A DNA stretch of 64,000 bases from a virus: the IMG/VR virus record IMGVR_UViG_3300036770_005052, positions 80,423-144,422 of that record; one strand, written 5' to 3'. Shown one piece after another: positions 37,862 through 51,473 of this stretch (the first letter of the stretch is position 1; each line of letters opens with the position of its first letter). Below the pieces are notes generated by a model, which ran no database searches, was not told the DNA's origin, and saw only the letters and a list, made by a program, of their open reading frames with translations. The position numbers were made by a program, and so were the translations under genes.

Positions 37862-40800
37862 GACTTCATACGCACAGAAACCTAATGAAAGTATTTTCTT
37901 TATACTACAACGATGAGTTCGTAGCATCTTTTCCCACAAAAGAAAGTGCTATTTTCTATGGTAAGCAATTCTATGAGGATGGATGGTCTTGTAATATTGT
38001 AGAAGAGTATTTGAGTAAATCTCCACTACTTTATAGCACTCCTTATACTCCTCTCACAAATCCAAATCCTATTCCTTATACAATTCCTCCTATAGTTTCA
38101 AAACCACCTGCGAAGTATCCTGACACTTATCCTCATATCTATTGTGATGGAACCAAATGAAATGTAAATACTGGGATTGTGGGTTCTGTTATGCACCAGT
38201 AGATGTAGAAACCAACGCAACTCAAGGTGGATGTTTTGAACCAGAATATTGCCCTTATAAGAAATCACAAATGACTAATCAACAACTCCCTGATATTATT
38301 GAAATCGGTGGTGTAAAATACCAACGAGTAGAAGAACCAAAACCACAGACACTCTTTGAGATTATCCGTGAGTGGTGTGATGATGATAATCAACCAACTT
38401 GCGAAGAACTTGTGAGTAGGATTGAGACGGGATGGTTGCCTAATGAAGGTTGCCACGAACTAAACAGTAATGATTATTGTGAGGGTTGGAATGATTGCAT
38501 AGAACATCTAAAAGAGAACCTCAAATGACTGAAATACCAGAACCAAAAAAGTGGAGTGAGACTTACGATAAAGAACTCACACTTGAAGAACTATTTCAAC
38601 TGATTGGTGATGTTGAGTGGAACTTAAAGGATTATATTTGGGAACTTAAACAAGAAGTTGAAGAACTAAAAAAATTAGCACACTTTCACGACGATATGTA
38701 TACTGAAAAAGGTGAATTGATTAGAAAATGACTGACGAACAAGGAAACTTGGAATGGGAAGAACTACGACTTCAAATAGAACAAAAAGCAAAAGAAATTG
38801 GAGACATTGTGAACATTCTTGAACGAAGGAGACAAAAACTTAAAGAAATCAACGACACAAACAAAGCAGTAGAGAACAAACGGAAAGAAAATCTTATTAG
38901 TGACCTACAATCCAAAAACTGGTATGTGAATATGAGGGAATTTATGTATCCAAAGGTGGAAGTGGTTGATGATGAAATTGTTACGATTAATGGTGTAAAG
39001 TATCAACGAGTAGAAGAACCAAAACCACAGACACTTTTTCAGCATTTGAATTCTTTTGGTATTGTTGGTGCTGAAGGCATCTGTAATATTGTAAGAGGTT
39101 GGTTGATTGACAACACAGTAATTGAAACTGAAGATGCTGAAAAGGTTACATTTACTATTCATAAAGAACAATTACAAACACCAAAATGACTAACTTACTC
39201 AAATACATCAAATCTCTAAAAACAATTTATGTTCCTTCACTTTGGTTTGGTGTTCTGTTAGTTGCTTTGTTATTTCCACAGTATGTTTTGTGGTTTATGT
39301 TTGGAACTGCTTGGGGAGTTTCGTGGATGTTTGCTTACAATTGGTTTCACGACAAATGATTGACTACACCACAATAGAACTGGAACTTATCTTTGAGGAA
39401 GTCGCAAAACTTCCAAAAACCACAGACACTTCCTATGTGGTTCCAGATGTGTTAGAATTGGTGAGACAACGGATTTTTGATTATGAACTTCAATGATTTG
39501 CCCAATAATTCTTGGGAAAAAGTAATGGTTCATCTTGTGGAACATATTGGTGGGGATGGTGGGTCTCTTGTAAAATGGAGTGGAGAAATCCCAGACCCAG
39601 TAGAAACAGCAACTGCAATTTTGGGAATGGTTCAATATTATGACCCAGATTATCGGGACTTACCAGAAGGTGCTCTTGCTAAAGGTTTTAGAGCATTTTA
39701 TAGATTGGGAGAATATGAAGAATGACTTACGAAGATTTTTTGAATATTCCAGGTGGTGTTCTCAAAGATTTGCAAACTATTCTTATCTTGAAAGACAAGT
39801 ATCATATGGATATTACCACTGAAGAAAGAAAAATCTGCGAACATATAAACAGGTTTGCTGACGAACGAAGAAAATCTGCCGAACTCTGGAAACAAAAAGA
39901 ACAACTTGAAAACCTTTTTAGAAAATGAAATCCTTCAACATCAACTATACCGTCAAAGTAAAACTCACAAAGTTCGGTAAAGAACTTCATAAGAAACTCT
40001 GGGAAGATTTTTGGAACTCTCACGGTAAATTGGATAAGTTTCCTTATACTCCACCAAAGGAAGATGAAAATGGATACTGTGAGTTTGTAATGTGGGACTT
40101 GATGAATAAGTTTGGTTCTTATTGTGTATTGGGATGCGAACAACCTTTTGATACTATTATTCTGATTGATGAGGAGTATTTGAAAGATGATTGAGTTTCT
40201 TATGATTGTTATGCTTGTTTATATGGGAGGTTCTATGTTTTTGGGACTACTTGAATACCTTATGGATAGAAAGAAATGACTGAACCAAAAATAAAGAATA
40301 TTCTTATACCCTACAAAAATAAAACGGTTTATGCTCCTTGTATTAAAACAGAATATGGTTGGTGTATTAATATGACTGATGAGGTTATGAAAATTTTGGA
40401 AACAAATGAAATAAGAATTGACGGTGTTATTACTGTGGAGGATTTGAGAGATGACTAAACTTGAACTTATTCAAAGATTACAGAACTCCCCTTTTACTAG
40501 ATGGTGGTGGAAAATGTGGATACATAACACAACCAGAAGAATTATAATGGTTCCTTTCTATAAAAATCCAGGAAAACAATATGAACTTTGTAAATTTAGA
40601 GAATAATGACTGAAAAAAAGATTGTACATTTTGGGAAAGAATACATAATTCCACAAAATGTTATTGATGATTTGATGAAGTATCACGGTCTTGATGCCGT
40701 AGAAGCAGTGGAACAAATAGTAGAATTGAATGATGAGGTAAAAAATGACTGACAGATTAAATCACAAACTTGATGTAAGTAAAATTCAAACTCTTGAAGA

Positions 40801-42131
40801 TGTGCGAAATGTTTTTGAGTGTATGAACTTGGTTGCTAATTCGAGTGAAACTAACGAACAGTATGAACTTCTCAAAGAGTATTTTACTATTCCTTATGTT
40901 CCAGAACCTTTGAAGTTTGATAAGGCAGATTTTGACTATCAAAATTATATTGAGGATTATAAATGACTGAAAAAATAGGATACAAACTCAATCCAAAGAA
41001 ACTCAAAAAAGCACCTCAATACATTACTCCTTATTTGTTTCTTGGTGCTTTTTATTACACCGAAGATTATGAGTATTTTGATGTAATCAAACCTTATCTT
41101 GATATTCCAGAACCACCCAAGTCATTAGAAGAAATCTCACAAGAATGTGAAGAGAAGTTTGATAAACATATTGAGAGTATCAAGCATAAGTTTGCTGAAC
41201 TCAAATGTCATCAAGAGTATCTGTACAATCAAAAGTTCAATAGGATTATTGAGAACTTTGAATACGCTAAGGAACACGGACAATTCCCAGTCAGATTTAC
41301 AGTAGGTAATTTAGATTGTTCTAACCTTATTGCGAATAATACTGTATCTTGGAGCACAGAGTTTAGAATTGGTACAGATGAAGTAGGATACTGGGACATC
41401 AAACCAAACATCAAAGTGTATCTGAAAAAGAAACCAAACCGTATTGTGAGATACTTTACCAAACTGCTTCTTGATTTTACTTGGAAAGACAAATGAAACT
41501 AACTGCTGCTGATATGATGGTGATTGTGGATACTCTCAATCATAGTTTGCGAATTGGAAATTATGGTGGAGGATTTACTACAGAAACCCGAGAACAAACT
41601 ATGAATGCTGTGATTGATATTATGGCAAATATGGGTGCAGAAGTTGTCTGTGGTGATGTAGAACCTATTGTAGTGAGTGGAGATGTTGAAGAATGACTAA
41701 TCCTCTTATAGACAAATATAATGAAATCTACGGAAAGAAAGAGATTAAAAGTCCAATAACTTTATCAGACCCAAATATTTCACTTACAACAATACCATCA
41801 GTAGCAACATCAACCACAGGTATTACAAAGGCATCAAATTTTCTAACTCACGATATTCACGATACGGAGAAAACTTTTCTACAAGTCGCAGATAAAATCA
41901 AACAAGGAAAAGCAAAGGTAGGAAGTGTGAGTATAGAACACGATGTTATGCTTATGGGTGGAACAAAAGTATTTTTTGAGGTTTATGTTAACAATTGAAG
42001 AACTCCAAAAATACTTGGATGATAATAAAATCACCCTTGAAGAGTATATGAGAGCAAATATGATTACTGATGAAGACAGGAAATATTTTGATAAGATATG
42101 GATGGATGCGATTTATAAGAACTTGGGTGAG

Positions 42132-42187
42132 GACACTTTCTAAACTGGCACAGGGGATGCTCTGGGTGCCTCTGTGGGTGGTATGAT
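42132..42187 (+). repeat. Intergenic element copy 9
   Basis: GACACTT-TCTA-AACTGGCACA...TGG-TATGAT-ACTCTCATACACACAAAGGAC. Confidence 0.85.
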
Positions 42188-42396
42188 ACTCTCATACACA
42201 CAAAGGACTGATGACTTCAAAAACCATATCAATTGGTGATTGGAAAATTAAAACTTTGACTGAAACAGAAGTCAAAGATATTATTGCTATGCTTCGTCAG
42301 GCACAACAAGACAATCTTGATGATGAGCATTCTTATGAGTACTTCAAAAAATTAGCATCAAAAATTCACCGAATGGGACTTGCTTTTCAATCTCTT

Positions 42397-42426
42397 TGAT
42401 ATAATACTCTCATAAGAAACAAACCG
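42397..42426 (+). promoter_or_regulatory. Truncated element (extended -10 + leader only)
   Basis: TGATATAAT-ACTCTCATAAGAAACAAACCG-ATG; the TGA is the upstream stop. Confidence 0.7.
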
Positions 42427-42980
42427 ATGAATTACGAAACTGACATCATCATTCATCAGTATTCATCTGATGGAGATTTTTATTACAAACTCAAAGTCAC
42501 AGATGTAATGAATATGGATTATCTGTATATGGGTAATGCTCCAACACTTGAAGGTGTTATGGAATGTATCCAACTTCACCTCAAACAACACCAGAACTGA
42601 AATGACTGACCAAGAAAAACTTTACAAACTCTGTATTCTTGAGTTGCTGATTGCGATTGATGAGGATGTAGTGGATTGGAGGAACTATCCTAAACTCTGG
42701 GAAGCAGTTAAACTTGCCGACAGAACTCTTGACATTTGGGCAGGAGACAATCTCAAACAAATGAAAGCAGAACTTGAAGAGGTGTAAAAACTAAATGAAA
42801 TACAACATCAAAAAACAACAAATCATTCAAAATGAAGAAGAAGGTTGGAGTTTTCAATTTTGGGAAGAGGTAGATTTTGTAAAGATTGTTTATTTTGAAC
42901 AACTACTTTCAAAAACAACAGAATTTCGTATTCCTAAAGATTGTGTAGAATATTTTATTGATGCTTTGGAGAACCTGAAT

Positions 42981-43036
42981 GACACTTGAAGAACTGGCAC
43001 AGGGGGTCTCCACAAGACCCCTTTTTGCCTTATAAT
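42981..43036 (+). repeat. Intergenic element copy 10
   Basis: GACACTT-GAAG-AACTGGCACA-GGGGGTCT-CCACA-AGACCCC-TTTTTG..TATAAT. Confidence 0.9.
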
Positions 43037-43997
43037 ACTCTCATAGACAAAGGAACTCCAAATGGCAATTGACACCAGCACCTGCATCAACATTCTTCCC
43101 GATGAGGAATGGTATTACACAGTTGAAGACTCAAATATTGTCACCAGTATGGATGGTTGCACCATTTCCTATTGGCAAGATGGAAAACGGCATACTCACA
43201 TTACGATGGAAAAAGAAGAAGCACTCGCAGTAGCAGACGCAATTTACAAACTCTTTAAGAACTGAAATGATTGACCTTTCACAACTGACCAAAGAACAAC
43301 TCAACGAACTTGAACTTCAAATCCAAAAGCATAAGGAACAACAGAAGGTAAAGGATGCTTTGGAAAATCTAAAAGGTTATAAAGTAACTTTTTATATGAG
43401 GTTTGACCCTGAAAAGCATAAAGATAATGATATGCTTACAGATGATGGAGAACTTGACCCAAACATTTTTGCTGATTATCTGTGTGATAATCTTGTTACA
43501 GACCTGATTAGAAATTTTGAATTGTATGGTTATGAAGATGTGAGTTATCCTATTGTGGAGATAGCAACAGAAGAAGAAATTAAACACCAATTTTGAGGAA
43601 ACTGAAATGAAACCCTTTGATTACTATTCCAAATCACAAACTGCTTATCCCAACAAAAAGGATTACATCAAGTATTATGTTTATGATAAGGGTGAAGTTC
43701 TTTGGTCTGGGCATGACTATGAAAAAACTAAACCTGAATTAGAAAAAGAGTATCCTGATGCTGTGATTCAGGTAGTTCTTGATAAAGAAGGATACAAAGC
43801 ACACCAACTTCAATATGCAGATGAAAAGCATAAACTTCACGAGGAGTTTGTGAATGACCTTTTTGAGAACTTTAATGTGACTGATAATCCTAAAAGGCAA
43901 AAGGCATTTGACCTTGCTTGGGAAAAGGGACACTCTAATGGTCTTGAAGAAGTTTATAATGAGTTTTATGACCTTGTAGAACTTATTAAAGATTGAG

Positions 43998-44053
43998 GAC
44001 ACTTCTCAAACTGGCACAGTGGGTGCTTCACGGCATCCCAGATGCCTTATAAT
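43998..44053 (+). repeat. Intergenic element copy 11
   Basis: GACACTT-CTCA-AACTGGCACA...GGCATC-CCA-GATGCC-T-TATAAT-ACTCTCATACACACAGAGGAC. Confidence 0.9.
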
Positions 44054-47000
44054 ACTCTCATACACACAGAGGACTAATGAAACGCAACAACTTTGATCTT
44101 ATGGATGCTTGGATTGTTTTGGTTGCTGGTGGTGCTGTTTTGGTTATTACTGTTGCTCCCATCATAGGAGTTATGAAAGTCATTACAACTCAACAAGCAC
44201 TCAACGAACAGTGTGGGACTCACTACAACTTCTTCCAAGTTACTACTGCGGGTGATAATCTTTCCCGTCTTTGCCAAATCAAAAATCAAACGGTGACTAT
44301 CAAATGACTTATCAAATCACAAAAGAAATTCGTATTCTTCACGAACAAGATGATTGGGATTATGTTTTTACAACTGATGAGTATGGAACTGTGAGTGTTA
44401 TTAGTTCCGAAGGTTTAGAGGCAATGACTGGTAAAACTACAACCATTTACATTCCCAAAGATTGTATTCAACACTTTATTGATGCTCTGGAGCAACTGAA
44501 ATGACTGAACAAGAAGAACTTCTCAAAGAATATCAAAAAGAAGTTGAGAAATGTTGGGAACTTGCTCAAAAACTTGATACTCTAAATCCTGAACTTGTTG
44601 GTGCCTTTACTGGAACACCAAGTCAAAGGATTGAACGACAACTTTATGCTCTTGGTGTTTTGGAATGACTGACCTCGCAAAATCCGTAAAGATTAACCCT
44701 TATACTGGAAAGATTTCAATTATGTGTGATGACCGAGTTGCCTTTACTATTAGTATTCTTGACGGTCATACTATTGAGGTTCGTGGTGGTGATGTAGTAA
44801 TGGATAAAGGAGTTGCTTATGATGAAAAACTTCAAATCACTCCTTGTTATTCTAATGTGGTTCAAGTAAGCAAAATGAGGTATGAGTGAAATGACTGCCT
44901 TTAATTACAAAGGATACGGACGCATCTACACTAATCCAGAGAACATTCAAGATGTAGAAAACATTATTCAAGAACTTGATGAGTTTGAGTGGGGTTATTA
45001 TACAGGAGGACTTGTAGCATCTTGGGATATGTATCCAAATGTTGAGTATGTTGGTAAGTTTGAACTGAATGAAGAAAAGTTCAAACAAATCTGTAAGGAA
45101 CGAAACATTCCTGTTTTTGTCTTTAATGCTTATGATAATGATTATCCTCGTGGTTATGTCAAAACCTTGACTGTAGAAGAAATCAAAACACTTTCTTATG
45201 GAGAACTGAAATGGAAATAACTATTCAAGCAACTGAACTTCTTCAACTCTTCACCAAAGCAGAAAAACTTGACTTAAGTGTTAAGGTTCATGAGGACAAA
45301 GATGGGGATTATGTAATTCGCATCTATGAAATGTTCCGTCCAGAAAAGTTTGAAGAAAAAGTAGTCATCGATCAGAATGGTGGAAGCAGTTGGAACAAAG
45401 GTTCGTATAGTTTTGATGCTATGATGGATGTTCTTGATGGGATGTTGGAAGAAAAACTATTGGAGGAAATCAAAGCACGAAAACGACAAGAACTGATTGC
45501 TCGTTTGACTGATGAAGAAAAAGAACTTCTGGGGGTAAAATGAAACTCAACACTATTGTTTTACTGAATGCTTATCAAACAATCATTCTTTGTTGGGGAA
45601 TAGCATATATTCTTGGTATTTTGGAATGAAACTCTTAATCAAATTTCTATTTCAAATACCACTACTTTACTTTTTAGTCTTTGGAGTAAATTCAATTGTC
45701 GGTGATAACTTTTGGATTTCTTCTCTGGTTATAACTGCTGTCTTATTCCTTTATACTACTGGTGATTACCTTGATGGAGAAAAAGATGACTGAACAACCT
45801 AAACTGTGTAAAGATTGTCTCCACTATAAGAAAAGTTGGTTAGGTCATCTTTTTGGGAGCAGCTCACTTGATAGATGCTACAATCCAATCATAACTAATG
45901 ATTTAATTACTGGAGATATAAAGAGTAAATCTTGTGAAAATGCCAGAGATTTTGAGATGTATTGTGGTAAAGATGGCAAGCATTTTGAGCAACTATGGGA
46001 GGATAGGAAATGACTGAACTTGAACTTGGGCAAATGTTGTTTGGAAATCCCACAGAGAAATATAGTGTTCCTCGTGAGAAATGGATGGGTGGTCCATTCC
46101 AAATCCTGATTGATGCGATTACAGAAAAGACAGGAGAAAAAGATTATGGATACACTCCACATTTCTCCAATGACTTCTTTATCATCCGTCCTTATTATTG
46201 GGGTGATGAAGAGGATGAAATGAATAAACCTAACTTTGAAATCCCAAGTGAAAACTTCCGTTTGACTTGGTATAAGTATCCTTTTAGGAGTTCTTATGCG
46301 AGTGAGAAACTTACTCCAAAGAGGTGGAATGACCTGATTCAAAAATGTATTAAGAGTTTGGAAGAATGACTGACGAACAAATCCTAAAACTTGCTAAAAC
46401 CTGTGGGTTTGATGAATTTCCAGATAATATTACATCAACCAAAAAACAACTCTTGAAATTTTCTGCATTAATCTACACAGAAGGTTTCAAAGTAGGATAC
46501 GATGAAGGTTGGGAAAGTAGTAATGTAAGCACCAAAATGAATACTTGGAGTTCTGATGATGACTAACAAACTAAAATTTACACAAGTATCACGAGTAATC
46601 TGCCCGAAGACTGGTGTTCATTATCTTGATGCGATTGATGAGAATGGAATACACTGGGTTGCTCAACAAGAAATTGGTGTGGAACGGTGGATTACATACA
46701 AAGAAGTTTGGAAGAAAGACCCACAACAACCATTAGACCTATGAAACATCCAGCAAACGATTGGGACTTTGATGATACAATTGAAGAAGCATTTCAGGAA
46801 TGGTTTAATGACCTTAATGGTGGTTTTGCACTTCGTAGTGAATATTTTTTCGGTGATGCGGAAATCGGGGATGTGAATACTCGTAAGGATTTGATGTATA
46901 AGTGGTTGCACTCTGCGTTCGTTATGGGGTATAATATGGGAAAAATGGAAGGACTTGAAGTAGGACTGACAAACAATGATTGAAATTGACCCCTCTCTTA

Positions 47001-47570
47001 TTCTCAAAGACAAAGATTGTATCTACTTTCACGGAGAAAAGTATCAAAAAGTAGTAGAACCTAAAAGTTTTTATGATAAACTTTGGGAAGAACTTGGGAA
47101 GAAAGTTGGATATGGTATTGATTGTGATCAACTGACTGATGGGGTTATGGATTTGATTAAAGATAATATTCCAGAACCTTTGGAAAATAAGTATCACTCT
47201 GATATTATTGCAGGATACAATAACGCACTCAACGATTTAAGAGAGAAGTTCTGATGACTGAATTTCAACCAAAGAAGCAAAATCCAGAAGAAGTTGCCGA
47301 TGGATTGCGTAATGCTTTTAGACAAGCAATCAAAGATGGTGTGATGGATGCTACTCCTTACTTGAAACAAATGACTAAATATCAACCAAATCCACAAACA
47401 TTAGAACAAAAATTTGAAGAAATTCCTGAACTTTTAGACCAAGTTGATGCTCTTATGGAGTTTTATCCACTTCCCACTGCTGTATGGAGGGATATAAAGA
47501 AATTGATGATTTTGTCTTATGATAAAGGTTATAGTAGGGGTGGATATGATACTCATATGAAATATGCTGG

Positions 47571-47617
47571 AACTGACTAAAAGGGCACTTGAAATCAGGT
47601 GACTTTTGCTGTATAAT
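47571..47617 (+). repeat. Intergenic element copy 12 (left arm degenerate)
   Basis: AACTGACTAA-AAGGGCAC-TTGAAA-TCAGGTGAC..; TTGAAA, 17 nt, TATAAT. Confidence 0.75.
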
Positions 47618-48799
47618 GACTTCATAGACAAAAACTCAAATGACTTTTAACACCGATATTCAAAAAACTGAAAAAGAAATTGCCGTCTTACAAAAAAAAC
47701 TTGAACTCCTCAAAGAGATTGAGACACATAAATCTCAACCAAGAATGGAGTTTGGATGTGGTGGTAAATTTGAGATTGTTTCTTATAATTCTGTGGATTA
47801 TTGTCGTTATGAATGGAACGATGGAAGTCATAAATGGTATAAAAGAAAGTATGCTGATGAGGGTGTGTTGATGATTGCTATTACTGATGGTGAAACTCAT
47901 CGTCTGCTTGAAGGTGTGTGGTTTAATGATGTGAAGAAAGGAAAGTATGATGAATCATATTGTCCTGATGAACCAGAACATTATGATGAAGTAGAGTGGG
48001 ATGAGAAAGATAATCCTGCTTCATACATTACCGATGAGGTTGTGAATAGGTTGGTAAAAAAATACGAAGCACAAAAACTTTTTAATAGATTGGTAGATGA
48101 ACTTGGTTATGATTTTGATGCTTGTAATGATGTTGTAGATTTGGTAGAAGATTGGTTGCCGAAAGAACAATCAGCAGAAGGAAGTCAGAATGTAAATACT
48201 GAATTGCTTGTAGATGGATTTAATGATTGTTTGCGTAAAATCAAGGAAATGTTGCGATGAGATACAATCCAGCAGATTGGAATACATATACTCAAAAACA
48301 AAGAAAAGAGTGGCATTACAAACCATATGAAGAACAAAGAGAGATTATAAATCAATCATATCTCTCTTTGATTGCTGATGAGAATGGAAATCTGGATGCT
48401 TTGAAAATACTTGAAGTTATTATGGATTTACAAGACCGAGTAGAAGACCTTGAAACAGAATGTGTGAGGAAGGAGTACTTCCAATGACTGAAGACATTCA
48501 ACAACCCAATGGAGACTTTCTAAAGAATTATCCAGATGTAACTCGTGTTGAAGTCATTACTGGTGAAGGAAGAGAGTTTGTTCGGTATGAATGCTCTAAT
48601 GTTCAGGTAAGTCTTCAGGACGACGGACAAACACTTAAAGTATTTCTTTTTACGACTTATGACTGAAGAATACGGGCATCTTCCTGATGCTTTCTTTCTT
48701 TCTGAAAAGGAGATTGAAGACTTGCGAAATGCTAAAAAAGAATTAACGACTTATGGTAGAGAGAAACTGAAAGAACTTCTTGAGAAGCAGAAGAAAGAG

Positions 48800-48856
48800 A
48801 ACACCTGAACAACTGGCACACGGGCACTTGAAAACGGGTGCCCTTTGCTGTATAAT
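48800..48856 (+). repeat. Intergenic element copy 13
   Basis: AACACCT-GAAC-AACTGGCACA-CGGGCAC-TTGAAAACGG-GTGCCC-TTTG..TATAAT. Confidence 0.85.
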
Positions 48857-49724
48857 ATGAGAAATCAAAGGAACTCTTATGGACTGCGAACCTTATCCTG
48901 ATGAAATGTTTGACGAGGCAGAACGTCGTGAGGCAGCAAACAGAGAACTTGCAAAAGAAGAATGGGAACGCAAAGAACGTAGTGATACTGTCCTGCGACG
49001 ATATAATGCTTTTTATAATGATGAAGTTTCTGGACTTCCTCACGGCACACCTGTAACAATGGAGCAACTTCAAGCAATCACACTGGATTGTGCTGTTGAT
49101 GCTCTTATGTGCGAAAACCTAAATGTGGAGTATAATGTGATTGCGATTGATGACATCAAGGATTTAATTGCCCGATTGTATCAACAAGGTAATGAGTATC
49201 TTGAAAGAGTTAGAAAACTTAAAGGAGAGGAATGACTGAACTTACACAAGAACAACGACAAACAATTGAAGACGCACTTAATTCACTTCCAGAAGTAGTA
49301 AAAAAAGGAATGTTTTCTACTATGGAAGGTATTGAAGAACAACTTGCTCGTGGAGATAAGATTATCTTTTATATGAGACCACACGAAGTTCCTGGTGGTT
49401 TTTATATTGATAAAATGAAGGTTGGGGAAGATGACTGATAAACCATTTTATCGGTTCTTTGCAATTGATTATTGTGCAACTGGTGAAGGTCGCTCTATTT
49501 GGTTAATGATCTGTCGTTATGACTTTGATGGAGAAAGAGATTATGAGTATGAAAGATTTGCAAACTTTGTTAATTATGATTATTATCTACGCGGATTTGA
49601 TGAATTTACAGAGCGAGAGTTTCTGGATAAGTATACGCGATTTATTCCTCACCTGATTGCCAATATGCTTCGGGATAGAACTATTGGCACTTGGCAAACT
49701 CATTTCCATTTTAATCTTAGTTAA

Positions 49725-49780
49725 TACACTTACCAAACTGGCACAGGAGTGCTCCACAGACCCACAAAATACCCTATAAT
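49725..49780 (+). repeat. Intergenic element copy 14
   Basis: TACACTT-ACCA-AACTGGCACA...CTCCACA...TATAAT; hairpin decayed. Confidence 0.8.
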
Positions 49781-51131
49781 ACACCCATAAACACCCAATT
49801 ACAATGACTCACAACTTCTACAACAACATTATTGGAACTGATATTCTACATAGTATCACTGATGTTTATGAACTTTGTGATGAAGTGGAACGAATGACTT
49901 ATCGTGTAGAACTCCAAGCAGATAATGGTGGAGTTTATATTAAATCGGGTGAAAAGGGACACGAAGAAGGTTCTAAAAACATCACCGAAGATATGTCTAT
50001 TGGGAACAAACAACTTGCGATTGTTGTTGCAAAAAGGATTCTTGAACTTTACGGAGAACTAAAATGAAAATTCAATTCAAAGCTCATCAAACAACTGACC
50101 GAGAAGTAGAAATCACTCAAAAAGAACTCTTTCAAATCTTTGAGATGATGCGGGAACAGTTTGAGAATCACATTACCTATGCAAGATTCAATCATTCCTA
50201 TCCAGATCGTCTTGAGAAAACCATTGTAGATTTTTGCAATTCTCATTCAGTTGATGTAGAATACGACAAAGATCGTGTTGCGTTTTTTAGTGCAATTCTA
50301 GACAACCTCAAGAATCCTTATCAATGAACACAAGAGCACAAACAATCTGGAACGCATTTTGTGGAGAACTAATTGTAGAACCCACAGATGATATGAGAGA
50401 AGCACTTGCGACTGCTGTTCGTAAGATTGTGAATGAGTTTCAATACTATCACTTTGGTAATGGTGAGGATATGGTAGTTGATGCTAGAATGCTTTATGAA
50501 CTTGCTGACGAACTTGAAAAATGAACGATGAAAAGAACCCTGATGAGATTGTCGTCAGGGACATTGATATGATACACTTTGAGATGATGGATGATGGGTT
50601 CCTCTGGTGTGGAATCTATCATAAGAATGGTCAAGTGGATCATTTCAACATCACCGCAAAGAAAAACAAACTCTCTACACTCTGGATGCCTAATTGTGGA
50701 TAAAAAAGAACTTTTTGAGATCGTAACCAAAATTATTGCATCTCCTCATACTGCCATCACAGAGCACGACAAACGCCGTGCTATTCAGGTATTTCTGGCA
50801 TTTGATGACTATCTGATTGATGTTGATGTTGCCGCAGGACGATGTGATGTTGGTGATGAGTATGACTTTTGTTCTTATGCTTCTGAACAACTTGACATCT
50901 TGGAGGGTAAAAAATGACACATGATGAATACTGGGGTATGAGTAAGTGGGAATGGTTCCGTGAGGGATTTTTCCATATTAGGTATATCCTAGATTGTTAT
51001 GAGACCGTTGAGCACTTTCCTGATGACTTTTGGGAGGCACTCTCTTGGGGTTGGTGTTGTGAATACATTTATCCTTATGATGATCCATATAATCCTTATC
51101 TTTCACCTGAACGCAAGTTGAGGTTGGGAAG

Positions 51132-51473
51132 ATGGTCATAAACAAGTGGATAATCGGATTTAAACCGATTAAATATACTCCGCTATGGTGGTGGTATCGC
51201 CTTATGAGTCATCAAGGCTTTCGCTTTGATGATTATCATGTATGGGGAGAGTTTTGGAGTTCTCTGAATGGCGGATGGTTGGATATGAACTATCAGTGGG
51301 AGTTTGAGAAGTTTTGGGGTAAGGGTGCAAAACCTGAACGCATTGTGTTGCCCGCAAAAGATTATGATGCCCTTGTAGAACGCTTGAATGAACCACCAGA
51401 TCCTAAAGTGGTTGAAAGACTTAAGCAGATAATGACAAAACCAGCACCTTGGGATGATGACAGAAAAATCTAA
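51132..51473 (+). CDS. Trp-rich hypothetical protein with DUF1778/TacA-like C-terminal segment
   Basis: C-terminal 'RIVLPAKDYDALVERLNEPPDP...RLKQIM...APW'. Confidence 0.45.
   Translation: MVINKWIIGFKPIKYTPLWWWYRLMSHQGFRFDDYHVWGEFWSSLNGGWLDMNYQWEFEKFWGKGAKPERIVLPAKDYDALVERLNEPPDPKVVERLKQIMTKPAPWDDDRKI

Noticed and set aside
29129-49780. Classical integron (attC/IntI)
   Set aside because: No integrase in the window; the elements lack the RYYYAAC...GTTRRRY long hairpin layout and contain promoters, unlike typical attC cassettes.
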